Shown: one piece after another, positions 1 to 15,000 of the stretch | How positions within the stretch are numbered: the first letter of the stretch is position 1 | How the letters are laid out: the number at the start of each line of letters is the position of its first letter | Assembly (NCBI GenBank): GCA_050084515.1 | Contig: CM114271.1 | Span: 12,586,001 to 12,650,000, forward strand | Length of the DNA stretch: 64,000 nt | Direction of reading: 5' to 3' | Source: Blasia pusilla | Lineage: Eukaryota | Notes under the pieces: model-generated | The model's database searches: none | Told to the model about the DNA's origin: nothing | Seen by the model: only the letters and a program-made list of their open reading frames with translations | Translations under genes and position numbers: made by a program

Positions 1-3000
1 AAGGGTCCGAAGGTGCGTAAGCTTGTTTGAAAAAGTATAAGGTTTGTACTTATTTTGTATGCATTGTTACTTCACAACTTATATATCCAACCTTTGAAAG
101 GGAAAAACCTCCATATGAGCTAACCTATTTTTAAATTGATACTCATCATTTCTTGTTTGAATAGGAGATGCGCTGCGTGTGATTATCCTCAAGGTTGGAA
201 AAAGGGTTTCACCACCACGAAAGAAGTTCCTTGTACCATGGGGAGTCTCCGTGCCAATATGCTCCAACCTCCCATGTGACTATTCTCTAATAAGGTCTCT
301 TAATCTTAAGAGGTGGTAGACTTGGTGCAAACATGAGGTTTGAGTTCGAATTAAGAAAACTAGACTTGGAGTTCTTTTGGGTTCTCATCTTTGAACACTA
401 CTCCAACTAGCTAGAAAATAAGGCGCACATACATCCACATTGACATGAGGGACACCCACGTACGACTCCACTAAGATTCCTTGCTATTTTGGTAAAATTT
501 ATGTTGTATGTAGGAGAAATAGGAATCACTACTACATTTTGGGTCGATTTGCAAGTCCATAAAGTCGCAAGCAACTCACAATTTACTTGAAACATAGGTG
601 CAAACCAATCATAACCTTGAAAGTATGGCACTCTCAAAGTAGTCTCAAAGTAGAGAAATTGACTCTAGTATATAAGTGTGACGCAAGTCAAAAGGGACAT
701 TTCTTAAAGTCGGAGTCGAGTTTATGAAGGCTCGGAAGGAACTAAAATTTAAAAGTTATGAAAAAATTGCAATTTTTTCATAACTTTGTAAGTTGATTGT
801 GGGGTTTCGCGAGTCTATGGAATCGTTTTGATTACTTGCAACTTATTAGAAAAAAATGACAAAAATATCTGAAATAAATCACAATAACTAAAACAAAAAG
901 AGTTCAAGTAGTGGCTTTCTTAATTGCAAATTTTTTTCCATCTTTTGCTTAGTTTGGAAAAAAATTGAGTCTAAAATAAACTTTTTTTCGGGGGCAAGGG
1001 TATTATGCTCACCCCAAGTTATTCTTCGAGATCAGGGTTGCACATGGAAAAATTCCTTGTCCATGCGTGCGTGGGTAACCGTGGCCTGCCCAAGAGCTGG
1101 CCGTGTAGACCCAGGCTGACGGAGCCCGCACCGGTTGCGGATCTCGCGGTAGGCCTGCAAGAGGGATTTGGCCCCTATTGGGCGGGCTCACGACCGGCCG
1201 CTAGCCTGCCATGTGGATCCAACGGGGGCCCCTAGGCCGCCATGTGGGCGTGAACCCCTCCAACGCGGGCCAAGCCCGTCCTTGCAGGCTTGGCCCCAAT
1301 TGTTACATGGTCGCCAGATGTGGCATATTCCTAGATCTCTGACGCTCAAATAATTCCAAATGATCCACAAAGATATACTATTAAGGACTGATTTTTTCTT
1401 TTTCGTTTGCAAAAACATCTTCCATCGATTGAGGCCAAATTTTCTATAATGCAAGCAAATATTTATTAATCAACATGACGATTGTTCCCTAGTTTGTATT
1501 TTAATTCTAGTAGGGCATGTTCATTAGTTTGTATTATAATGGGGTGTTCTTTTGAACGGCTTAAAGAGAAATTCTATATATGCCATCTTAGAGAGCTTTA
1601 GTTCAGATTGGCCATTTCTGGCTTTCGGTGCTTCTTCCCAATATCGTGTGCGGAAATCGCCAATCCATTTGTGGCCTTCGGCCGTTGGGACCTTAGTGAG
1701 ACTAACAATGAAGAGCATTGATAAACTCATTTGTCTTAATTTAGTTAAACATGATTAATTAATAAAAAGTAAAAGTGTAATAAAAAATTTAATGAATAAA
1801 ATTTCAATAACAACATAGATACCACCAATTTTGAGCGAATAGAAAATATCGAGAATCTCTTTATCCACAAAATTATACCCAAAGGGTGCCACTCAAGAAT
1901 GTGTTGCGGCTTCTGCCATGACCGGTAAAAATATCGGACGAAACGGGCCATATGCCACCCGGAAGAAGTAACCCGCTCCGGTAGCCCGGAACGGAAGGGT
2001 CATTCCCTGTCCAGGATGGAAGTTTGCGTACGTGTCGGGTTATTCTTTCTTTAGACGGGAGACGAAAGCGACAAGTTCGGTCGGTCGGATGGATGCCGTC
2101 CAACGTGGACACAATATTCAGGCCGTGTGAATGCGATCTCGTTTTGATTGATGTAAGAGGAGGTGGTTTTCGAAATTGGCTCTTGTGTGTGGACTAATCT
2201 AAATGGGCCTAAACTTAATTATTGCGCAGAAGATCCACAAGTCGAAGATATTATACAAGAGATCGAGAGAATCAGAAAGATCTTCGGGCATTATAATGAT
2301 GGGGGTTAGGGTCACTTAAACCACTTGATCTCACTTAATAAACACCCTCACTTAGTGAAAGAAATTAAGGACCCCTTCCCCACTTTATCACTTTCGAGCT
2401 TGCAAGAGTGGTGCGTTCACCACGAGGACGAGCTGGTGAAGCGCTCTAGATTCTAGAGCCCTAGATCCTTAGGCGCTAGGAACATTGCAAAAGGAGGGCA
2501 TGGAAGAAAAAGGCTTTATGGTATAATGAGGAAAGATCACTTCATCAAAACATCTAGACCTTATTACCAATTGTCAAGTACACTAATTAAGAGGAGGTAA
2601 GTGACAAAGAAAGTTGACTCCTATCGAATATCGAACTGAAGTCACATGCATACACCATGCATTTGCCTTCATGGATGGTAGATGCATGGTGGTGGTTAGC
2701 TTAATTTTTAAATTTTAGATTTTGCAGAGTTTTGATGGTCATAGGATTTTGCACGAAGACATGGTTTATTTTTAATTTTAGGAGTATCTTACCCATAGTC
2801 ATTATGGATCATGAATTAGATTTTGGCAGTGTTAGGGAATTTTTAATTTCTCTCACTCTTTAGTATGTCCGTGTTTGCTTAAGAAACTCTTTTGTCTAAT
2901 TAATAAATTTCTAAAATTAGAATTTTAAGTCTAGTTTTTATTCTTGAAAATAAAATTTTATCGTGAAATAAATCGCAACTCTCCTAAATAATTTCACTCC

Positions 3001-4301
3001 CATATAAATGTTTGACGATATCTATTCTTCTTTTTCAAGCCAAAATAACATTCATTAAGTAAATTCTTAGTTAAGTTTAATTAATGACATCAATTCCATT
3101 TTCACGAAGAATTATCATGATTATAAAGAATCATACTATTCATTTCAAAATTTAAATTTAAATTTTATTTCTTAAATATTAGAAGAATAATAAGAATCCA
3201 ATCTTGTAAGTAATTCCATTATAATAAGAATCCACTCTTGTAAGTAATTCCATTCTTCAATTAAAATTTTATCCCAATCCCCTAAATAATTTTACCCGTG
3301 TATAAAATTTAAACAACATCAACTCCTTCTCTAGTAAAATTCATTTTCCCTTTCTATCAAATATGAATTAAAGCACGAATAGAAAATTTTGGTTACTTTT
3401 CAAAATTATCCCACCTTATTGTTACTTAGGATCATCCTTATAATATTAATTATTTTAATTATTCATTATAAAGTGATTAATTAAAAAAATCTCTTCCAAT
3501 GAAATCCGTTCTCTTTATGCATCTATATGTATCCATCTAATATGAATCAAATAAAAAGTTCAAACATATTGCAAACCTGTCTTAGTATCCCACTATCTTA
3601 TCGTATTGTACTTGTAGGTTTGTCCATTGTAATACAATTGAAGAAATTTATTTTTTAAGGAGTCAATAATTTTTTCATTTGGTGTCATATAATTAAAGCG
3701 TATGTCCTTTATTTCACCTAATTTTGTTCTTAAGCACTTGATTTTGAACTTAGCGAGTGGAAGATTTAGATTAGGTCCTAAATACTCAACCGACTGCATA
3801 GTCCATAGGTAGTTGAGAAGCTGCCAAACGCCAGTCAAGTTGAGTCTACCCAAGTACGTACGATTTCTCTAGGAAGCCTCTGTCCCAAACCTTGACCAAT
3901 CTCCCCAAGTTGCTCGCCTGAACCGCAATGCATAAGTTAATTCCTTAAAGTGCGTCCTTTAGTTCAAACATGAGATAGGGCATGTTATGTCTTTTAGGAT
4001 AGATCAACGAGATGTAGTAAAGTGCCTTCAAGGATAATGGAGGACAACCTCAAAAGTTCGATGAGCTACTGAGGCTACGTGTAACTTGACACAGAAGGCT
4101 TCTCCTTTGTTAAGGGCAAGGAAGTGACGTATAAGTAGAGGTTAAAATGGAGAGAGCTTGGGAGATGGAAAGGGGTAAGCCCAAGGAGAGAGAGCTTTGA
4201 AACTAATTCTCTCTTTTTTTTACCTCTTGGCATGAGGAGGGAAAACTATGGTCCTTCTTGCATTATGAGTAATCCATTAGGAAAGTGGGTTTGGTTTGAC
4301 C

Positions 4302-4446
<145 letters not shown>

Positions 4447-5029
4447 TCGCAAACCTCACAAACAAAACAGAAGCCCGGCGGGAGGGAGAGAAACCACTCA
4501 CAAACAAAGGCCGTGGAAGGGAGATATGAAAAAAGGGTTCGTTGTTTATCTCGCAAAAACTCTACAGGTTTTACATTTTTTTTGGAAAATTTAGCCACCG
4601 TGATATGGAAATATGACTTTGACACTTTCTAAACATATCCCTGTCCATGTAGTGCATGCAACTTGTAACTACCCAACTCCATGGGAAGAATCCTTACATG
4701 TGTAGGATGGAAGAACAATGAGGATCCTAAGTATAGTGATAATAAAGTGGCTACTTTCTGAAAATTGGAACATAGACTTCCTCCTTGTGTGAGCAACTCG
4801 ACCTCCTTAACACTAGCATTTTTGGAATGTTTGATTCAAAATATTTTTGAGGCCTTTAGCGTGAGAGAGTAGGTTTTCCTTTCTTTGCTCATTTATCGAA
4901 CTTACTATTTTACGCTAAGTACCATTTTGAGTATATGATCAACTTTGTCAGTGGCCCTTGACAACAAGTCAAATAAAGGTGGCAAGGTTACCATGGAGAG
5001 AGCTTGGAAGAGAGAGGGTTAATCTCAAG

Positions 5030-5157
<128 letters not shown>

Positions 5158-6411
5158 CTCAATGGTCAGGTTTTACATTTTTGTAGGGAGAAACAACCAT
5201 TTTGTGTAGGAGAAAGAGACGTCCTCGTCGGTTTTTTTGGAATGTTTGATTCAAAATATTTTTTGACGCCATTCTTAAACAACCAATAAATGGTGTACAA
5301 TTTGAAACAATTTAGGCAAAATTTCATTGTCGGGCGATTTTTAGGGTTAAATTGTTCAAACCCTAAATTTGAACAATTTAGGGTTTTAGGCTTAAGGCAC
5401 GGCGGAGGCCGTTGCCATGGCCATCATAGTCATTGTCAATGGTCTTCCATTATCATCAATGATCAACCGTCACCATCCACCGTCAGGCGCGAGTGCCGCC
5501 TAGCACTGCTTAGAGTCGCGTTTGGTTGTTGTCCACCCTTTGGTTGCCATTGCCGCTATTACAGAGTGGAGGGTCTTCCACGACCACCATATTCTTTGGT
5601 TTGGCCGCCACCGTCATCGTCATTTTCGTCATAAACTAGTGATGGCAGCTGACCTCGGGTTATGGTGTTTGAGTTTTCATTCCATGTTGCTATGTTGTGA
5701 TTGGTAGCCGCTCGACGACCACTGAGTATCGTACCGTGACGTGCATAGCCACAATGTGCCGCCGATTGCCGCGCCGTGCTGCTTGTGGCCGCACCACACT
5801 ATCTCGATCCCGGAGCCGCTCCTTCACTAAGGAGCACAACGTGTGAATTTCTGATTGAGGAGGGTATGCCGTCCAGTGCCGCACCCCATTCCCGAGTGCC
5901 GTGCCATTTGTAGCCATTGCGTGCCGCGTGTGCTGCACCGGACCGCTGGACCTGCAACGCACATCGAGGAGCTTTGAGCTGCGTCAGTACGAGAGGAGTA
6001 CAACTTGTTGATTGGAGGAGTTGTCTTCACGACCGAGTTGGGTCGAAATTTACAGTTGCTGAGGAGCGACATCGACATTATTGTCAGGTTACCCATTCTG
6101 GTCTCTTATCCTGCACGTGTGAGGGATTTCTAGGTATTGGGAAGTTATTTGGGATATTGGGTTTTGTGCTGATGTTGAGAGCATCGATGATGTATGGGTT
6201 TAGGGGACATAGACCTGTCTGGGATGTCCAAAGTTGAGGATGTTTTGTCGATGAGATGATAAATCAGTTGATTTGTCGCACCACGCTCCTTGTTGCCGTA
6301 CAACATAAGTCTCAATGAGAGAGTGTAGATGGAGTGTTGCATGTTTATTTTGAGTGATTAAGGGATTACTCGTGAGATTGGGAGTGATTGTGTGAGAGGG
6401 GCACAAGGGGC

Positions 6412-7630
6412 ATGAGGGCCATCACGGCGTCCTTTCAGGATTTTGAGAGGCAAGGTAGTGGACCTGAGAGTAGCTCTGGAGGTCTAACCCGGAGTGGTGC
6501 AAGGTTTTGAGGGTCTCCACGTGAGAGACCACCTCGATCTCCTTTTGTGTGGTCTTCAGACGAGCGGGAGCCTGTAGAGGAGTGTGTTAGTGATCCACGG
6601 TACACATTGAGTGGTCCTACTAGTTGGGCATACAACATGGACGACCGGGGTAGAGGACCGCGTAGGTTTTCGGGTGCTGTAGGCACTATAGAGCTACACG
6701 ACTTCATTGCGGAGTTTAGGAGTTGGTGTGACTCACATCGGACTAGGAACTCTAGAGAGTTCAACCCGTTTACAACATGGAATGGTGTGTTCCAGCATTT
6801 AGAGGGGACGCCCATGGACGATTACCATGAGTTCTCCCACAGATATGGCAGGAGATTGAGGCATGGTGACTCTACTATGACCCACACTATGTGTCATGGA
6901 CGGAGCCGTTCCCAAATGAGGAGGAGGAGTCAAGATAGGCTACTTCCTCTTCCACAAGTAATGTTTAAGGAGGGGTCACTCGCACTGGAGCAATTGCACC
7001 ATCTAGTCGCGTTCGTCCCAGGTTCAACTCCATGGTTGAGTTCTTTGCGGAGTTGAGGACGAGCTACGAGGGGGTACGGACGGAGAAGTTGCGGACCATC
7101 CACGACTTCCAATGGCGCCCGGGTGAGAGTTTGCGTGAGGCTTACATTCGCTTGCGTCGATTGATCAACGTCACTCATGGGGTGACAGACGCTCAAGCTA
7201 TCCAGTCATGGTACGCGATGCTAGACCAGACCTTGCGGACACGAGTGCGGGAGGCGGTGCTTCTTATGAACACCTCCCCTACGTTGAGAGATGCTTTTAG
7301 GACCGTCGAGAATATTTAGCGCAACATGGCGGAGGAGAGCGTAGCCACCATGGGTTCTGGGCAAGAGAAGTCACAATTGTCTTCACCACCTGTGCAGCAA
7401 CGTGGACTCCGAGATAGGTTGATTGTGGCACCACGACCTCACAGAGGATACCACGAGGCCATGCCACAAAGACCTGCGCCTTCATATGCGGCTCAGCTGC
7501 AGCCGCTTATGATTACTTTTTGGCCATGTGGTGGAGCCCATCATCACCACGATTGCACTCGTCAGGGTCATGGACGTGTGTCTGAGCATGGAGGAGGAGA
7601 TGGTGCTGCACCAGGAGGTTATTTTTTTGT
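6412..7630 (+). pseudogene. gag: Retrotransposon gag (disrupted)
   Basis: ATG 6412 is in frame with ORF 6547-7056. The frames give ...GLTRSG..., FSGAVGTIELHDFIAEFRSW, FQWRPGESLREAYIRLRRL (retrotransposon gag core) and a degenerate knuckle WPCGGAHHHHDC. Stops and frameshifts are present. Confidence 0.85.
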
Positions 7631-8499
7631 GTGATACAAGTATGAATAGCACAATATGGAAACAACATCACCACATAACTACATGTAACATGCGTCAGAA
7701 CATGTCAATAAGAATGAAACACAACTCTAAAATATCTACCCTATTACCCCAAAATCACTAACAAATTTTGATGGTGCAACATATTGGTGCGAGACGAATT
7801 GAGTGAAAATTTCATAGAATTGCACTTTTCCACTTTTCTCATACATATTTCATTTCACGTGTCGATTTTAAGTAAGGATATGACGTTATTTTTGTAACTG
7901 GTTTTCAACCTTGATTGAAAAATCTGGCATTGTACAATAAGTCATGAGCGATTATAACTCTTAAAACTTAAGTGTCATGTGGTGTCAAACCCTAAATCAA
8001 CAAATGGATTGGTACGAAGCAAGTTGATAGTCAAACACGAGCCTCGCAGTGGAGCAACATACAAGCATGGCATTTGATGCAAGTGTAAAGGCATGAAGAT
8101 CAGGGTTTTTGAGGCCATGAGAGCACCTTCACGATTGATGACAAGGCTACAAGATTAGGGTTGGTTGCGTTGTGGCTCTACGGCTTGACTCTCTTTCTGT
8201 TGTAATTTTCCTCTTACCTTTTTTTTTGCATTCTCAATTGATTGCTTTTGTATTTTTTTTCTGTCTAAATCATCATCAACTATGCCGTGGTAAAAATCAT
8301 TATGGGTAACAACGATTCATCATCCCATGGCCAACATTTTGTTAGCGCTAACATATCTATGGGCAAAAAAAATTCATATCCATGGACAAAATATTTTTAG
8401 TAGATTGGGATGATGAATCTACTACAATTTTTTTAATTTCTACGATATCTAACATTCCCATATGAGATTTATGATAATAAATAGAAGCTAACTTAGCCT

Positions 8500-9020
8500 C
8501 CATGGTATTCCCATGAGCTATAACTTGGGATACACGGGCCCATCATTGCAAAAAATTGTCAAATCTCCATATTCTTCCTCTAGAGTTCTTCCATGGCACA
8601 ATGATGCCTCTCTCAATGAGTCTCTCTTTGTATTCTGAAGTGCATAAACCTTCTCAATTCACAAAGCTCTCTCCTATATCAAACCAAATCCTCTCTCATA
8701 TTGAGAAGCTTGAGGGCATTCACAAGGCCTCATAAGACAAGTTTCGTGCCTCATGGAAGGAGGTTCAACCAAGTAAAAATGAACTCCTAAAAATTTCTCC
8801 TTGAGGTATATCCTCTCCTTATGCCAAGTTTTCACCCGAGTTACTTTTGTGTGCATGTCACCTCTCTAATCCTTATCCTATGTAATGGGACGAGAAGTGC
8901 TTTCCACAATGGAAAGCTAACTATGCGAAAATAAGGAACTTAAATGAATGAACCTCCAAATAGACCTTTAACTTGCTCTGTTAGGTTTCCCGCCTACCCA
9001 ATATGTCATCCTCGACTTAC
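8500..9020 (-). mobile_element. Highly diverged terminal-repeat/leader remnant of the same retroelement family
   Basis: Colinear blocks shared with 40357-40930: CCCATGAGC...ACACGG, TCTCTCTTTGTA, TCAAACCAAA, TCACAAGGC, GTCACCTC, CTCCAAAT, AGGTTTCCCG, GTCATCCTCGAC. Confidence 0.7.
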
Positions 9021-12000
9021 ATATTAGTATGAAAGGTGGAGTCCTTCAGGTTTTGACTCTTTGGGTCCCCCTCTTTTGTACTTTCAATGGGTTTTCCATC
9101 ACACGTTTTTATCGAAGTGCATCTTGACCCTTTGGATAGGTGTAGCAAATACTCTTAGCTTATATGTAAATTAGATGACAAACGTAGAAGGATCTCATAA
9201 GGGAGATTCTTTGCTTTGATGAGTCCATGAGGGTAACTAGTCATTCTATGCATAGCACATGTTTCCTACCCTAAATTTTAATCGAGGGATTCTATAAATT
9301 CTCCTTATAAAGTTAAATCTACATAATTATTGAATAATAATGTATTTAATTTTATGTAAACTCCTGGCCTCTTACCTCTTCGTGTTTCCACCCAAATCCC
9401 TCAAAATTGATTTAAAATGATATTTTTGAAGATTAATATGGAACATTGTCTGGGAGAACTGGGTTACGTGTTGAACTATCTAGCCAGAAAATTTTAAAAT
9501 TTTCCAATGCAATTTTTCAATCACCGGCCAAAAACAATTTTTAAATTTTTTTTCTGATTCAGTTTCAGCCAAAAAAAAAACGATGGTATAGACAAGTTCT
9601 CCCATGTATTTATTCAAACTTTACCCTTCGATTTTTTAGAAAATGGACCAGTTCTAAAATACTACCCTGACCCTCATATGGAAGGTGATTTAGACCGTGC
9701 ATGGCAATGTCGATACTTAATGTTCGAGAAACGTAAGAAACAACAAATCGGGTGTATGGAGCGAGGGGGGTGTGACGACGAAGACCGCGAGCGGCCCACA
9801 TGGTTTTTGATTGGTAGAGGTGGCGATGAAAGGCTTATGTGACAGGGAGTGTGTTGTAGTTGCTGTAAGGTAGTAATGCGCTAGTGTCATGTCTTGGTCG
9901 GTGTTGCGGTTGTTTTTCGTTTCAATTCGTGTTTCCTGGATACCGAGGAAGGCTGCGGCGACTCTGGAATGGACGTCGTTCATGAAATTTAGTTTCTCGG
10001 ATCCGGGTGGAATGCTGATGTCTGTGTGTTTGTAAAGTCGTGGTCGTTGTTTGTTGTCCGAGTTAGTTGGATCTGTGAGTTTGTTGGATCCGGTAGAAGA
10101 CTGGGGACCCGTGTGGTGAGGCGAGGCTGCGGTGAATCTTTGGGATGGAGGGAGAATGGTTGTTGTCGTGTGACGGTGCGAGGAAGAATGAGAATCGAGT
10201 TTGTTGGATCTCAAAGAAGGCTGGAGACGATTGGTGAGGCGACGACGCTGCAGTATGTCACGCACGGCGGGTGTACTACTGCTGGGGAGACACTGTTACA
10301 ATGTCGTGGGCTTTGGTCTTTTGGAGGAACCGAGGTTCTTGGATCCCGAACAGTGCTCGGACAGGCACCCTGGTTTTTCCCCGAGAGAACTTTTGACGCA
10401 GTCGGAAGTTTTGCCACTCTGGCCGGTTTTTTAGAAACCTAACGTAGAAAATCCAGTTTTCACGTCGGCCATTTGACTCGACTTCCAGATTAGAACTGGA
10501 AATGACAGGTTCTCAACCGACTGCTCTGGCAAAGAATGCCGGTTCTTGCCGAGCCTTGTTCGAGAGCAAGGCTCGGCACGGCAAGGCTTCATCCCTCCCT
10601 AGCCTTGCTCTCGAACAAGGCTACGGATGGATGAAGGTTTCGACGCCACGCGATCCCGAATGAGGGTGGTGAGGCGACGATGCAATGTCTGACGCTCGGC
10701 ATAGTAGCAGTGAAGTCACGCTGAGAAGATATCGCGGGCGTACGTGTACAGGAGCAAAGGGGAGAACCGGGGTTACGTTTAGAGCTAGCCGGGAGACTTT
10801 GGAAATTGCCGGCCAAAAACCGACGGTGTAGGGAGGTCCTCCTTTGTATTTGTTGCTCTTTAGCCGACCGGGATGATGAAAAATTCAAAATTTACCGTTC
10901 AGTTTGTGAAGACCGGGCATCTACCGGTTCTCACGAAGAAACTAACCGAGTTTCTGGGATCCCGAACAAGACGCGGGAGAGATGTGTCAGTGCTACGCCG
11001 CAATCTGTTGTGTAGCGTCATGGGAGATCATTTTCTTCCTGTTACGTGTATGACGGAAGTTTCTTGGATCCGGTCTGCGTCTATATCTCTGTTTCGTCTG
11101 ATAGCTTTCCCTCTGTGGGTCTGGCACGTTCTCCCGTCGATTACGTTCGTTTTCAGCTGCAGCACGACAGATTAGGTGGTTAGTCAGACCCCTGGATCTT
11201 TTTCTGCGGTAGGTACCGTACTTTCTCTCGACGTCCGCATTTTCCCGAGAATCCCGACCAATGAAGAAACACGCGCTCGTCTTCCAACAACTTCTATGGG
11301 TTTCGTAGGATTCTTCGACAATGGAAGTCCTGACCTAAAATCTTCTTAGATTCCCAGCGGAAGTTAAAACTGGTTCGTAAAACGAGGAGTGTTGCGCGGC
11401 ATTCACTTGCTATGCCTTCTTTTTCCCACGAAACCATAGAATTATTTTAATTCATTCAGGATTATCATCATTAATTTTCAAAGTTTGTTAGATCAACATA
11501 AAATATTTTTCTTAGAATAAATTTTTTTAAAGAATTTTTTTAACATGTGTAAAGCAGGATTATCTGCTCGCAAGGCACGGGCTGTACGTTAATAACCAAT
11601 TACAATAATTACTTATGATTCATCGTATCATTACGAGGGATGGTGTTGAAACCCCTTGAGTTCAATTCGGTCGATTTACTGTGGTAAATCGATTTCGGAA
11701 TAACCGATCAACAAACTCTATGGGATGGGTAGGATTGTGGTTGCCTTTGATTCAACCAATAGTAGAGAGAGGTGTATGGACACTCACATCATATTTCAGG
11801 GTAATGACAAAAACAATTGGCAAATGAGATTTGGCCTGCGCATCATATAGAAGTAGTAGTGGAGGGGGATTGCAAGTTTTCAAGCTTCTCAAGATTTACA
11901 GATTTGGGGATGCTTGCAAGAGAATGATAAGAAATCTAAGAGAGATGCAATAAGAAGGATGGGAGGAAAGCTCTTAGTCATGCTTGACAACGAAAGATTT

Positions 12001-15000
12001 GGAGGATTTGTATGTAATTCTTTTATAAATCTATTTTTCATTCATTGTGTGTAAGTTTGTAGTATTAAGAATTATCCAAGATGAGTTCTCGAAGTACGAT
12101 GAACATACTATACTTGTATTGATTTTTTGGTTCAGAAACTCAGGAAGATAGATATTCGCTACTTATTTCAATGTGATTAGAAATTATACTAATATAAACT
12201 CATTCAATTTAGTGTGATTAATCAAGAAGTGGGAGAAGGCATGGCACCGTAGGTCCGCATATGTCCATGCTATTGGGAATAAGTCAAGACTTACACTGAG
12301 ACAAGTAGACAACATAGTTCCATCGGAGCAATGGAATAGTTCATGTGTGGTAAAAATCAAGTGTATATAAATTTTTGTGCACATACACATTCCTACACAA
12401 GTAACACAACATACATCACTCTTATGCACACACAACATATACTTACAAAACACATAACACATAATGCATCCACATCATATTCATATGTACACCATCATAC
12501 AAAGAGGCCACACAATGAAAATAAGAATGGGAAATATGAGAACCACTTTCTAATTAAATTGAAACACAATCCAGCCAAATCCATCCTCAATATCTGGGAT
12601 TCCATGTCTTATGCACATCGATAGCGCCCATTGGAGGAAAGAAATCGTCAAATAATATGAAAAATTCCGAAGGAAGTTGACTGACAACAATATAAAATCT
12701 ATTCGCTTAGTTATTGATTGAGTTTATAGACTTCAAAATCGAATGAAGGTTTAGAACCTCTAAATGAACGAGTGGTCATCATCATGATTGTCTAATTTTT
12801 AGTTATTGCATACTCCTTTATTAGTTGGTTTCACCAATCAATCATGTCATGTCATGAATTTATCAAAGTTGAAAATTTTGGTTACACGGAAAGACCTTCT
12901 CCATTCCTTCCTACCAATCTAACCCATAATAATGATTGCTAATTTATCCGTCAATAATATACAATTGGACGATCTAATCTCTTAAATCCAATTTAAATGA
13001 TATTATTGACTAAGAAAGCATGTGATTTTATTGGTTGAGAGGGAATGCGTTAAAAAAGAGAAGTAAATAAAGGAGGATACAATAGCTAACTAAAAATATC
13101 TTCCAAATATGGACACCATTTTGGAACAATGACATGGACAGAACTAACCTAGAGTGCCAATGGGAGACAACCTTGGTTTGAGCACCCATCAACATTGATT
13201 TTCTTGTCAGCTGTCATGGACAACTAGGGCAAGTAGATGTATGAGGTGCGATACCTTCGATTTGCGAGTAGTAATGAGAGTAGTCATGGGCAAGTGGCCT
13301 AGAACCTAGTCTCACCCCATGTCAGACAAAGATAAAATAGTATTAGTTTGAGATGAATGAAGAAGGCTGCCGCCGCTGCCCAAGTGTTTAGGGTTTAGCA
13401 CACCGGAATTCATTTTGATGTCGATTCGTCTATCGAATTGGAACGTGCTTCTCCTTTACTGCCGACGAGGACCAACATTATGAACAATGCGCAACTTCTG
13501 TAGGAGTTCTTGAATCTTCTGTAGAAGTTCTTGAATCATTAACACAAAAATGACCACAGAAAAATGACACTTGTAAGTTGGTAGGAAAGAAACGAGGTAT
13601 CAATTAAAAAAAAAAAAAAAAGGTGATAGAGAACACAACCCAAATAAAAAGTAAGTGAAGGCCAGAACCGGCCCGAAAACAAGAATGGGGGGAAAAGCCG
13701 TAAATCCTTCAAGTTTGCTAATGCGATGGATCTGGATTTCTTGCTTATGAAGGATCCCAGACGACAAGGTTAATTCACGCAATGGCTGCAGGTGCGAGAC
13801 TCCGAGAGTTCTGATCGCCTTTAAAATTGGGAGGTTTAACCGTGAACACCAGGCATTACCGCTGACTTCCGATCGAAGGAATGCTCACTTGCAAGACCGA
13901 ATTCCTGTCAAACCAACAACGTTAACCTTATCAGGAATATTGAATCCAACTAATGCTCTGTTGATCAGACAAGCTGGAGCGATTTCCGCAGAGTTTCTAG
14001 GCACACATTGGCACATAGTTCACGACAAGTGCATCCCGTTAAGCATATGAGAATTTCAACATAGCCGTCGGTTACACACAAGCGACCGCTTTCAAATGGA
14101 CCACACGTAATCTTCTCGGAATCCTAGCTCGAGGATCTGCATCGTGGGCGAATGAGGCTCTTGATGTGGCCAGTACATGATCCTCCACTCGGATTTGATA
14201 TTAGATTTAGATGGAGGAGACATTTTACCGGACGATACATTCTCTCGAATTCCGCCAGAAAAAATGTAAGGCCACTCGTGGTCAGCCCTAGCACGCATGC
14301 TCGAACGCATCTCCCGCCTTCACAGGATTTATTTCGGAGGAAAACATGTTGGCTCACCTACAGTGTTTTGGACCAAGTACACGCTTGGGCATGTACATTA
14401 GAACCGAACATAGACAACAGACGAACTAAGCAAAATGCAGTGACAGCATATCATCGGCTTTGACTAAAATCTGGTTTGGTGGGAATACAAAGCGGAATAA
14501 AACAAATATCCATCGAGGCTACCGACGCACTAGACCAAGAAATCCCCACTTAGTCAGACGATGACTGTGAATCTCCCGGTCTCTTACCCAGTTACCCAAG
14601 CTCTGGATAACCGCCCTCCGTAGGTCGATCGCCGCAGTTGGATGCACTGAGAATCTCCCATCAAGCAAGAAGGTGACTGACTGACTGACTGACTGTCTAG
14701 GTCTCGAGTCTCGACATGCCCCCGTCCCTCCCCACTAACGATAGCCCTCCCTCACCTTCCCACCAGTAGGGACTCCTCGATTTCTGTCTCGCGCGTGTCC
14801 AAAATGGAGTCAGTGTCTGTCCGTTGGAGGGGGATCCGAGGCAGAACCTGCCATCGTTCCTATACACACGCTATGATCACCCTTCCCTTTAGCCCTATCC
14901 CCCCTCTTTTGTATCGTGATGGGTTTCCCATCCTTTTTCTACATATGTATATTTTATTCCCTCTGATTTAGCCACGAAAAAGGGAAGCGTGGTGGTGAGG

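Noticed and set aside
527-913. Possible CACTA-type MITE (CACTACT...AGTAGTG), with a similar case at 20171-20499
   Set aside because: Only 6-7 bp of inverted match and no matching 3 bp TSD.
1005-2130. GC-rich patches with several short ORFs
   Set aside because: No recognisable domain or boundaries, probably TE subterminal sequence.
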